From Octopus vulgaris (taxonomy: Eukaryota): a stretch of DNA of 64,000 nt. Both the position numbers and the translations under genes were made by a program. The stretch's first letter is position 1. Each line of letters starts with the position of its first letter. Of the stretch, positions 52,076 to 64,000 are shown one piece after another. The notes beneath the pieces are model-generated. The model made no database searches and had not been told where the DNA came from. It was given only the letters and a program-made list of their open reading frames with translations. The DNA lies in assembly GCA_951406725.2 (NCBI GenBank), contig OX597835.1, positions 8,556,001 through 8,620,000 on the forward strand, in the 5' to 3' direction.

Positions 52076-52685
52076 CAAACACGCACAATAACGTATGCGC
52101 ACACACATATGTTAATCGTTGGAAAGGAACAGTGGGTGGGTTAGTGATAAGTAAGAAAGTGATTTGGATGAGACACGCATGGTTTAGAACTAAGTCCTCG
52201 GAAATACAACAACGGCTTACATTTCTTAAAACGGGACGGATTAAAGGCGAAAATGTTTTTTTCCTACTTTTAGATGCCCACTCACATATCAAAGCTTAGC
52301 GTTGCAGTTCTCACAATGGCCCGTCCTATACCATATTGTGTTGTATTTTTTTCTTATCTTGACTCACAGCCATATTCAGAATGTCCATTGATGAAAATGA
52401 AATAAAAGTAAGAAGGGATTTTTATTTATAGAAAAGCTAACTTTGATTAAATATTTTTCAGCTTCCAAAGAACCAACGACAGAAGTAGTGTTTGAATCTC
52501 CTGCGCAAACCTTTCCTTTCACTCTTTGTTCTATACAATACTTTACAAATTCTATCACAAACCTTCATAAAGAACGTATTTCTATACCTTTATCGCTTTC
52601 TTATCCTGAACTCCTTTTACGTTTCAATATCTAAAGTATTTGTTTTTGCCAGAAAAAAAAGAAAATAAACAATGTAAGCTGAAAT

Positions 52686-53101
52686 GAGTGGCTGTGTGGT
52701 AAGTAGCTTATTTACCAACCACATGGTTCCAGGTTCAGTCCAATTGCGTGGCACCTTGGGCAAGTGTCTTCTACTATAGCCTCGGGCCGACCAATGCCTT
52801 GTGAGTGGATTTGGTAGACGGAAACTGAAAGAAGCCTGTCGTATATATGTATATATATATATGTGTTTGTGTGTGTGTTTGTGTGTCTGTGTTTGTCCCC
52901 CTAGCATTGCTTGACAACCGATGCTGGTGTGTTTACGTCCTCATCGCTTAGCAGTTCGACAAAAGAGACCGATAGAATAAGTACTGGGCTTACAAAGAAT
53001 AAGTCCCGGGGTCGATTTGCTCGACTAAATGCGGTGCTCCAGCATGGCCGCAGACAAATGACTGAAACAAGTAAAAGAGTAAAAGAGTAAGAGTAAAGAG
53101 T
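52686..53101 (+). mobile_element. SINE family C
   Basis: Full alignment to family C including the GAGTAAAA tail. Confidence 0.88.
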
Positions 53102-53548
53102 ATTCTTCAAAAACAAGTTTTAACGTTAAAAACTGGACAATGGTAAACAATACAATGGTGAGAATCCAAGAGATTTCTGTAAAAGTTAGAATAACAGAAC
53201 CTGTAGCAGAACAGTAATAAATTCGTATTAACGCTACTAAAGGAGATGACGTCAGACACTGTCTCAGACCATTCGTGTGATATGATAGCTAATGATCTAA
53301 TCAACAGATGTGTGAATTAATAAAATTAGTTCCTCATTAACCAAAGTATTTGTAAACCAGTATTTTTAGAATTGTGTGACGGGTGGGCAAAGTACAGAAT
53401 AAATCAAGTTGTTTATATGACCATAGGAGGTTCCCCGTGTTAAAGACCTTCTCTGTTGGTGCAGCCACGCAAAAGACATGTTTATTTAATGTTGGTATGT
53501 AGGTAGGTTTAGAGCTTGCGCAAATACAATTATAGAGAGGGAGTGAGA

Positions 53549-53599
<51 letters not shown>

Positions 53600-53769
53600 C
53601 ATAGTTGCATATATATAGTTATATTTGACAGCATTTCTATTCACGAAGCAACTTTACTGTCAAATAGAAAGAACTCAATACCTTCAAGGGAATAAGTTCT
53701 TTGCCATAATTATTTCAGGTCACACAATACGACATACAATTCCGCTACGACCTTGTCAGTTCGCCTCTT

Positions 53770-53985
53770 TATGTATGTATGTATGTATGTATGTATGTAT
53801 GTATGTATGTATGTATGTATGTATGTATGTATGTATGATTGTATGTATGTATGTATGTATGTATGTATGTATGCATGTATGTATGTATGTATGTATGTAT
53901 GTATGTATGTATGATTGTATGTATGTATGTATGTATGTATGTATTTATGTATGTATGTATGTATGTATGTATGCATGTATGTATA
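53770..53985. repeat. (TATG)n tetranucleotide microsatellite
   Basis: Directly visible; (TATC)n at 6795-6897 and 12605-12728, (CTTT)n at 38850-38990. Confidence 0.98.
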
Positions 53986-54659
53986 TATACACTCATGTAT
54001 ACATACCTGTATGTACACACACGCACACACATACGTTTCTGTGAATATGCACAATCATATTATAAAATTGTTATTACCATAACAACGTTCTGGTCTGATG
54101 AATATTGTATTCATATATAATAGCAGACAATATATTTTTAGACACCTACAGAGATAATGGATATTAAATGAGTACATGGTCAGAAATTTAAAATCAATGC
54201 GCATATTCAATTTTTAATAGATTTTTTTTATTTACCTGGCATTTGGGACTGAGTGTTGTTATGTTTTATCTCGCTATGTAACTTGAACCCAAACTAGCTG
54301 ACTATTGTATGTCCAATATGTCTATCCTAATGTAGCACCACCGAAACAAAGAAGTGCTTAAAAGCGAGGACACTGTCCAAATTCCTCACTCAAAATGCAA
54401 GATGCCTCTTGCACAAAATCCGTCGGCTGAATGAGGAAAGTGTCTCTATAAATACCCTAAGATAAGCATGATTAAATTTGTAGCCTTATCCTTTATGTTT
54501 GTTTTTATCATATCGTGGTGATTAGATTATGCATCTTGAGAAGACCTATGTGTATCCTGTAAATATGGAAAAGAAATTTTATGAATATTCCACAGAATAA
54601 ATGCAACCTCAGAGGAAATCCGTTAAAGTTGATTTAAACTGAAATAGCTAAAGTTTAAG

Positions 54660-54925
54660 TTACCTTTGTGGACGAAGGACTGAAAAATGGATTTGAAAGA
54701 TCTTTATTGTGGCACTAAGCCTAACAGGGCATGGGGACAAGAGATAAATGTATTGGAGGGATTTCAGTGTTGTTAGCATGGAATCTGTTGGATGAGGGGA
54801 GCACGAAATTTATTTTACAAGACGAGGAAGCTTGAGTGAGGCAATACTACTGATTTTTAAGGGATTGTTCGTTGATTTGGTGAGTAAATATTGCTACAAA
54901 TCAACTGGTTGACAATGTTTAGAAA
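54660..54925 (-). pseudogene. Possible Penelope RT thumb remnant
   Basis: HCQPVDL*QYLLTKSTNNPLKISSIASLKLPRLVK*ISCS resembles KPTDxxQYLxxxSxHP..K.SI..SQxxRLxRICS. Confidence 0.35.
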
Positions 54926-55057
54926 GATGTGAATAATTTAATAAAATGATTGTTAGTTTTTCGAACACACTCTTAACTCGTATATCAATTGTATGGAAAC
55001 GGTGGTTTTATTTTCATCATGTTTATGTATGAGTGCGTAAATACGTGTGTGTGTGTG

Positions 55058-55133
<76 letters not shown>

Positions 55134-55439
55134 AGTACGCGCGCTTGTATGTGTGCGTGTGTGGAGCAGGACGCCCATCGCTAAAATAAGAAATAGTGAG
55201 AGTGACAAAAGAACGAGAAAGACTTGCTGAAGGTTGTCGTTTAGCCTCTGATCAACTTTGACGAAACAGATTGAGTATTAACTGCCATGACCACTTCGTC
55301 TTGATACTGGTCTATATGTTTATGCTATTTGAAAAGCGCTCTCCTCATATAAGACAGTAACTGTAATTTTTAAAGAAATTTGGCTTTTATGCGTCGCAGG
55401 TTGTGCGACCAATGGTGATTACCCATTCTAAAAAGAAAG

Positions 55440-55758
55440 ACTCCGTCGGTTACGACGGCGAGGGTCCCAGCTGATACGATCAACGGAACAGCTTGCTCGT
55501 GAAATTAACGTGCAAATGGCTGAGCACTCTATAGACACGTGTACCCTTAACGTAGTTCTCGGGGATAATCAGCGTGACACAGAGAGTGACAAGGCTGACC
55601 CTTTGAAATACAAGTACAACTCATTTTTGCCAGCTGAGTGGACTGGAGCAACGTGAAATAAAGTGTCTTGCTCAAGGACACAACGCGTCGCCGGGAATCG
55701 AACTCACAACCTTACGATCATGAGCCAAATGCCCTAACCACTAAGCCACGCGCCCTCA
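55440..55758 (-). mobile_element. SINE family A, full length
   Basis: Almost identical to 1037-1357; flanked by a ttacccatt direct repeat. Confidence 0.9.
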
Positions 55759-56103
55759 CGGTTACCCATTAACATCTAATTCAGTAGTTGAAGACTTTGC
55801 TTCCACGAAAGCTGCTTCATACACACATTTTCAATTACCTGAGCCTAAATTAAAAAAAAAAACAGCATACAAAAATAGTTGTCTCTTCGTTTTATGTAAA
55901 TCTTTCGGGTCTCCAACTTGTCTTACCTTATATTATCTTTTGAATCATTTGAATCTTTATGAAGTAATTGAATTTGGTCCACTTAATTTCCATTGCACAT
56001 TATTTCCAAGATGCCTCGAGAATGAATTATTTGTTATCGAATTTAGATAGCCAATATTGAAGAAACGCCTGCAGCATTGTATGGCATATTCGTTCCTCTA
56101 TAC

Positions 56104-56173
<70 letters not shown>

Positions 56174-56687
56174 CAGCCTAAAGCTACCCTGTCTCTGTAT
56201 GCAAATATTCAAAAGGATACACCTCCAATATTCTGGTTCGCTCCCTGGGAAACATTTTCTTCGTCTAGATGTATAGAAACACTTCTCTCGATACAGAAAG
56301 AGAGAGGTTAAAATGTACTCTTTTATAAACGCCCTTCTGCAGAAGAAATGTCGCTGTTATTGGACGAGACTGTTTGTCAAGAATAATACAAACTAGTAAA
56401 TCATTGAGCGGTATTTGTAACAACAAAACCTACGCTAATACAATTTAAGACATTAGGTTGCCAAGACAATAAGCCAGATAAATCTAATAACTAATGCCAA
56501 TCTGATTAAAGACATATAAATATTCTCAGAAAAACTGTAGTAACAGATTGAAAGGGTTTGCATCATTGGTTGTGTCGTCAAGAGACTACACCTTGTTAAA
56601 GCTATTGAGATGCCTTTCTAGAAAGTACAAGCTTATCGACCCACCTGTCTCATGACGATTATAGAAACACTAGAAAGAATGATATAT

Positions 56688-56720
<33 letters not shown>

Positions 56721-56871
56721 AGAGAAAAAATCTATCAGAAAGGAACTCTATCTCTCTTAAAAAAATATCTTTTGATTAGCATAACAAATGCGCAACCGGT
56801 AAAAAGAACTTTCACCTAATCAAATACACTCTCCTTTACTTAAATTATTTTGTCAGCATTTTCTTCATTTC

Positions 56872-56943
<72 letters not shown>

Positions 56944-57407
56944 ACCAAAATTGATACAGACAGAGGAAAAACATCATACGTATACAACACTGCCACACAG
57001 GTACTTGTATAATTAAAAAAGCTGATAGCTTATCTGGAAGGAACAATTAGCTTCAAAACATATGTGTGTGTATAATACGCACACATACACACGCACACTC
57101 ACACACACACACACACACATATAGTATATGAGAAAGGGGAAAATTTCAGATTCTGATGAAACTGTGAAGTGTTACACACGTTAGTATGAGACCATCATAG
57201 CATATACAGGAAACAGCTGTAAGGTAATGATGTTCATAACATAATCGTTTATTGTATTGTCCTTTCTTTTCTTATTACTACTCTGTGTTCGAGTAACGCT
57301 TCGTTCAGAAGTAAACGTTTATTGAGTCCTACACCAGGTTATCTGTATCGCAATGCCTACACGAAATATGTGTGTGTATGTTATATGTATATATATATAT
57401 ATATATA

Positions 57408-57559
57408 TAAAGTTAATCCAAACAAAAAAAACAAAAAAACACAACAACGCAGGGACGTGGAACAAATAAAGTAATATTGGACGCTCAGGAAAGAAGGGAA
57501 GAAGGAGGGTTTAACGTTTCGAGCGGAGCTCTTCGTCGGAAACATAGGAGAAGGAAAAA
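57408..57559 (-). mobile_element. Penelope pLTR-like element with hammerhead-like motif
   Basis: Minus strand GTTT-CCGACGA-A-GAGC-TCC-GCTC-GAA-ACGT-T-AAAC; abuts (TA)n. Confidence 0.6.
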
Positions 57560-57618
57560 GTTATTTGTATAGGAAAAACGTTATATATTGTTAAGCAATT
57601 TGTTAGTATAATCTAATT

Positions 57619-57679
<61 letters not shown>

Positions 57680-57777
57680 ATGTGAGTGTGTGTGTATACA
57701 CACAATACACGCATATGTGTGGCTAATAAAGAAACATATCTATCTATCTATCTAACTATCTGTCTGTCTCTCTCTCT

Positions 57778-57829
<52 letters not shown>

Positions 57830-59399
57830 GTATATATATAAATGCATATATGCCATTTGAATATGGCTAACCCATAAGGGTGGATGCTACTGTAGTTTGT
57901 ACCCCAGGAAGATAGCTCCTCCAGGAAGATAGCTTTATATATATAAATATATACGTATATTTAAATTAAATAAACAATATTACCGTTATTAATAATAAGG
58001 TGGTTAGCAAGTTTACACCTTTACAGGTAAAATATAAACTAAATTGAGATTCAATAGGGTATTTAAATACCACTTGCTACACACAACATATTTCTACGTT
58101 GTCCTAGGTGCATCGCACTGAGATGGAACACAGAACCTTGTGGCTATGAAGCAAACTTCGTACCCCACGGTCATGTTATGTATGCATTCATGTCTATATG
58201 TATATATGTGTGTGCGTGCTTGTGTGTGTGTCTTTGTGTATGTATTTACATATATATATATATGTGTGTGTATGTGTGTGTGTGTGTATGAGTATAGGAA
58301 ATTCATATTTTCGTAACTTGTTAATGGTTCCCCTGAAAGCAGCCATTGTAAAACTGTTCACTTTTTAAATTCACTTAAAAACTGAAAAGTAATATTACAT
58401 TTTGGTAAGTAATCACTTGTGTTTTATTAAGTTGAACGTTAATTATTTCATTAAATCTCGCGCAAAATATCGATTGTTTTGAAAATTAAATTTCAAAGTC
58501 ATAATGTATTCTAAATTTAAGAAACATAGTTTTAATGTTTGAACATGAAGTAAGAAGTGTAATGTTTTCAAGTTCTAAAGCCGCAATTAAATTATTGCCT
58601 TCTACAGTGACAACTTTTTTAAAAAAGGAAACACATCTTCCTGGTGAACCTGTTATTTGTATAGGAAAAAGTTTTATATTCTTAAGCAATTTGTTTGTAT
58701 AATCTAATTTTTCAAAGGAAAATGTTACAAAAAGGAACAGAAAAACATATCTGTGTTTCGATGTAAAAACCAGGCTTGTAAAAGTTATTCTTCCCTTCAA
58801 TAATTTGAGATAAAGCACAACTATAATTACTTTTCAAAGAAATAAAACGACAAAAGTATATTAACACGAAATGGTTTTCGTTCCATCATTACCAAGGCCA
58901 CACGTCGCCCTTAAGCTTTCCCCTCTTTTTTTTTTTGGCTGGAGCAAGTTCTTATTTATCTACGCAAAAATGCACATATGCATTTCCATTGAATTTAAGC
59001 ACTTCACAATTCACACATATACACAAACAGACACACACACAATTCATTCTATAGGTAGATGTCCACAATTAAAATTTCTTCAAATGCAATGCGTAGAGGT
59101 GTTTCGCAAGCAAGTGCTAAGGCTTTGCGCGGAATTTCTATCATTTCCGTTGTATACTATTCTCTGTTATATTATTATTATCTATAAGGGATGAAAGTAG
59201 AAACTATACCGAGAAGAAATTTTTGTCCCCATTTCAACATGGCTGTTCCGTACGAGCAGATGTTACATTAATTTTGTATCCCCTTGGCGATGCCCTCTCT
59301 AGCTGGTTACCGATGCAATCTGAACCCGATATATATTGCACGCAGAGGAGTGAACCCCTATCTTCTAGCTACTTGATCATTATTATATTATTAGTAATC

Positions 59400-59610
59400 C
59401 TTTCTACTGTAGACACAAGGCCTGATATTTGGGAGCAAAGTTGGATGGTTAAATACATCAGACCTAGGGTGGAGCTGGTACTTCCTTTGCTCGACACTGA
59501 GAAGATGAAAGTCAATGTCGGCATCGGCGGAATTTGAACTCAGGACGTAAAGATGAACGAAACGCTGCTTAGCATTTTGTCCTGCAAACGATTCAGCCAG
59601 CCGTTCGCCA
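59400..59610 (-). mobile_element. SINE family D, diverged
   Basis: CTGGTACTT...GATGAAAGTCAATGTCGGCATCGGCGGAATTTGAACTC. Confidence 0.7.
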
Positions 59611-59741
59611 CCATAAATATGGTAATAAAAATATTCTATTTTTTCTTCAAGAATGATTTGAGGAAATCAGACACGTTTTAATTCTTCATAAATTCTTTAT
59701 ATTTTTTTTTTGCTTTAAATATGTTTGCTCTCTCTTTGTAG

Positions 59742-59796
59742 GATATTCAAGGCTCCTTTAATCCTTTGGAAAATGTTGAGAGACATAAATCTGATA
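59742..59796 (+). CDS. ERGIC1: ERGIC1 internal coding exon (55 nt, phase 0 to 1): DIQGSFNPLENVERHKSD
   Basis: Acceptor ctctctctttgtag|GAT and donor ATA|gtaagt. The family motif GSFNPL follows the HxxxFG segment (cf. IHGAFNAL). Confidence 0.9.
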
Positions 59797-59803
59797 GTAA
59801 GTG

Positions 59804-59858
<55 letters not shown>

Positions 59859-61540
59859 GTTTTTCTTCTTTCAACTTTGTTTCCATTTCTTGCCGAATAT
59901 CTTCCCCAACACCTTGGGCAAGAAATTCACTGTATACATCAACAGCCCATTAAGATAAACAGACCGGGTCGTTCATTTAGAAATCCAGTTATAGGAAAGA
60001 GAAAATATGAAAAAGAATGGAAAAAGAAAAATGAACAAGAAAAAAAAAGAAAGATAGGAAAAGGAAGGAGGAAAATATTTATACGGGTTCTAATCGTTTT
60101 CACAGCAAGTTTACTCTTCTCAGTATGTGTGACTTAAAAGTTAAATAATTTTTTTCACTTCTTCATGGTTGGTAAGATTGGAATCAGCCTCAAATAATTT
60201 CCCGTTCCATTTTTTTTTTTAAATTCCAAGTGTTTCTACAACAACTGATATTGTAACCACCTTAAAATGCCACATTCTTTCGAATTCCACGAATAAATCT
60301 TTATGGTTTCTGAGCTTGTCAAATTATTTAGCCGAGATTTTAGGACCACAGGAGATGCTCATGTCGATCTATAAACAAACTTTATTATTTCACTACAAAA
60401 CCCAGTTTATTAGCTTTCATGGATCAGTCTGTATGTACTAGAAAGTCCATCTTGCTAGCCCAAATTGTATCCACCTATATCTTCTTGAGATGTGTCCGTC
60501 AATGATTATATTCACGAGTTTTAGTCTCTCATGGCTTTAACGTACGACGTTATTCAGCATGAGGGATTCATCTTTGAAAAATTACTTCTATTGCGTTCTT
60601 TTTACAAAAACTTAGGTGGCCTATCTTTTGTTGTTGTGAACTTCGCTTCTATCTTTCTTTCTTTCTGTCTTTTTTCCTTTCTCTCTTCATTTCTTTCTTT
60701 CTGTCATTCTTTCTTTCATTTTCTCTTTCCCTCACCCGCTCTCTCTGTCTCTCGCTTTCTCCCCGTCTCTTTCTCGGTGTCTGTGTGTCGGTGGTTGAAA
60801 ATTCGTGTCTATAATTTCATTTATATTTATTAAGCAACGCGCATGACGATAGTGATGCTGTATAGTAGTGACTGATGGATGTTAGTGATGCTAACCTCCA
60901 TCAATTTGAACCTGATCAGTCGTATAGGCAGTGTTACGGTGTATTAAAGAATGTAAGTGTCCACAAAGAAGCCAACAGTGCGTTGTGGAACCCAAAACAT
61001 CATTATATATAGGCTTGTGTTTGTGTCTGTATGTGTATGTGTGTTTGTGTATGTGTGTGTGTGTGTGTGCTCTATGCGTGTCGTTGACGAGGTGATGGCT
61101 GTACTGTTAGTAGCACAGATATGAAATAAGACAGGTGATTAAATGCATTAGTTTTAGAATGTGATGGGGGTTATTATTGGGAGACATCTGCGACACACAA
61201 AATACTAAAGTTGACAAGAGTAGATTTTACGAATGAGACGGAACATTGGAAATAATTGAGATAAGTGACAATATGTCAAACAGCTTATCTTTGCGTCCAT
61301 CTTTTCTTCCCCTTCCACACACACACCTACACACAGTGACCCCACCACCACCACCACCACCACCACCACTACACTCACAGCTTTCAATCTTTGGTGTTAC
61401 CTTTTATTTTCTTCGTTTCTCTGCATTCTCAACACCCATCGTTCTTTCCAGTTTTCTTTCCTTCCTTCTTTCTTTCTTTCGATATTTCATGCATATTTCC
61501 TTTCCTTTAAAATTCAATTTCTATATTCATCATTCCTTCC

Positions 61541-61946
61541 AAGGCGGCGTGCTAAGGACTCTGCCAGCTCGCCGCCTTAGAAGTGCTTACCGGTATTTCG
61601 TCTGCCGTTACGTTCTGAGTTCAAATTCCGCCGAGGTCGACTTTGCCTTTCATCCTTTCGGGGTCGATAAATTAAGTACCAGTTACGCATTGGGGTCGAT
61701 GTAATCGACTTAATACCTATGTCTGTCCTTGTTTGTCCCCTCTATGTTTAGCTCCTTGTGAGCAATAAAGAAATAGGTATTTCGTCTGTCGTTGCGTTCT
61801 GAGTTCAAATTCCGCCGAGGTCGACTTTGCCTTTCATCCTTTCGGGGTCGATAAATAAAGTACCAGTTTCGCACTGGGGTCGATGTAATCGCCTTAATTC
61901 CTTGTTTGTCCCATCTATATTTAGCCCCTTGTGGGCAATAAAGAAA
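61541..61946 (+). mobile_element. SINE family D dimer with inverted 5' head
   Basis: Two tandem units; the second starts at ~61777. The 5' end contains the reverse complement of the head (CTGCCAGCTCGCCGCCTT). Confidence 0.85.
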
Positions 61947-62511
61947 TGTATACATCATTCCTTCTCCTTCTATTTATGTCTACCATCCAACTCTTCATTC
62001 TCTTACAGTTCGTTGTGAACACTCCCACCACCGCCTCAGCGCAACCATACTCATACCAGTTCAGTAGAGATGCCACTTACACACATTAATAATAAAAGTT
62101 AGGCATGACACACATATTTAACATCACTACCGACTGACCGCGTATACCCAACCTGTTCCTACATAACGATTGACCAATCTCCAACGAATAGTTTGTTTCT
62201 TTTTTCAATTACTCTGAGAAATAAAATCCTAGTTTTATTGTTTCCTCCACCTTCACCCCAAAATTCGGCTAAGTTTTTACCTACAACGGATGTCTGTAGC
62301 ATGAAACACGCGTCTGCATGTCTAGGAAACTCTGACCGTGAGAGATCTTATCTCTTACCCAGCAATTGTTTACTCGAAATAATAAAGTGTTATTTTCTCT
62401 GTACGTTTGTATGTGCGTATGAATGCATACAAGCACACACGCACGCACGCGCACACACACACACACACACACAAACACAAACATACAAGCGCGTGCACTT
62501 ACATTTAGATA

Positions 62512-62717
62512 CAATAATCCCTCGTCGTATCGCGGTTCACGTATCGCGCACTCAGTACATCACGGATTTTTCCGGCTAATATATATAAATTTATATCGTA
62601 GACTTCTCAGAATACTGCGGGTTTCTGTGGTCGATAGGTATTTATACTTTTTAAGATTTTAATCATTTCTATGGGAGGTTTTGGGACGCAAAAGCCGCGA
62701 TAGTCAAGGGATTACAG
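62512..62717. mobile_element. Tigger/pogo-type MITE
   Basis: TA|CAATAATCCCTCG..TATCGCGG at the left end and CCGCGATAGTCAAGGGATTACAG at the right end (imperfect ~23-bp TIRs). Confidence 0.7.
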
Positions 62718-64000
62718 ATTCTAATTTTCACACATACTGTCAAAGTTCGTCGCCAATTTTCCCTTATAATTCTTGATACTAAATAGTTGTGAGATAAATC
62801 TTAAAGATATTATGCAGCTTTTACACGTCACAAATCTATTTGTTCGGTGATTTGTGAAATGTTCACGTCTGAAGATACACGAATATGCCAACAATGTATT
62901 TGATCTTAGGATCTGTGAGCTTTTAATACCACAACTGAGCCAATGTGGCATTTTGACTTTAATTAAATGGAAAATATGCAAAATAAAATATAAAACGAAA
63001 CACCGAAAGTGACGTCTTGTAAAAAGCAAAGGAAATTTGACTTTTGATGTTTGGCGTTATTTTCCTTGAATCTGATTTTAATAGACATTCAAAAAGAAAA
63101 AGAAAACAGAACAATTAAATTAGCGAGACAAAAACATTAACAAATAAGAGAAATAAGAGAAGATTAAAAGACAGAAAAAATAACTTGTTTTCTTAGTGTG
63201 GAAAGTTGATGAAATATAATGTCGCATTTAGTTGACATTTTGACTTGCAAATCTCTCGCTAACGACATCAGTAACATTATTTGCGATGAGGATAACATCA
63301 ATCCAACGTTACCTTCCCCACAGAGAAATACTTTTCTTTTTGCCTGATTGCCAAGGGATAAATTTGAACTTGTTTTACTAATTACTCAAACTTCTATGAA
63401 GATTGTCAAAGTGATTGTCATTTAACACTGCCATTGATTTCTTAGTGTCGAATAAAGATTTAACCCTTACGTTTCCTTTCCTCCTTTGTTTCTCCAAACC
63501 TGCAGAAAGATTTTGTTTTTTTTTTACTGTGAACAGAATTCGATTAGAAACATTCAAAATAAATTCAGAAGTCTAGTGGAACCTACATTGTCAGGAATAA
63601 ATTCAATCAAAAGGTAAACTGAAAGGTGAGTGCACCGGGAGAAGAAATAGTCGACATGAATGGTTGATTAGCTCTATTCACTTCCGTAGAAAGTCTCCTT
63701 TAGCGGTGTGTAGTGTAGCATTTGAGAGTGAATCCACGAAAATAGAAATGAAAAATTTGTTAAATATACATTATTTTGGTTCATTACACTAGGTTTACTG
63801 CAAAACTTTAGCCAGAAATATTTCTTTTCTCTATTTGAAAAAATAAAAAAAAAAAATTTAATTTCACAATTAAGGTTAATTAAACCAACAATATTGATTA
63901 AATTTCTTCTTTTAGCATTTGGTTGTCGCTCATTCGTTGTCACTTTATTTATTTACCTGTCTTGTTGATATTTTCGCGAAAAAAACTGCACATTATTCGT

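Overview
This is an AT-rich, microsatellite-dense eukaryotic window. Its SINE, Helitron and Penelope repertoire and very large introns are consistent with an octopod cephalopod genome (inference). The only host gene I can support is ERGIC1 (ERGIC-32) on the + strand: three internal coding exons (7042-7166, 35056-35169, 59742-59796) with GT-AG sites and compatible phases, separated by ~28 kb and ~25 kb introns. The gene's start and end lie outside the window. The introns hold four or more tRNA-derived SINE families (several with intact target-site duplications, TSDs), non-autonomous Helitrons and decayed RepHel pieces, R4/Dong-like RLE-LINE 3' ends in (TAA)n, Penelope-like remnants and MITEs. 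Almost all ORFs in the supplied track are microsatellite or SINE artefacts. The most notable unexplained structures are: (i) a minimal type I hammerhead ribozyme with a U3-A8 core at the tip of a ~137-nt rod-like hairpin (45036-45172); (ii) further hammerhead-like motifs in short elements docked at (TA)n, one inside a 47-bp TIR element; (iii) a 78-bp foldback with one A:C mismatch in a UAG context; (iv) a pre-miRNA-like hairpin at 30479-30580. All calls were made by eye, and repeat boundaries without TSDs are approximate.
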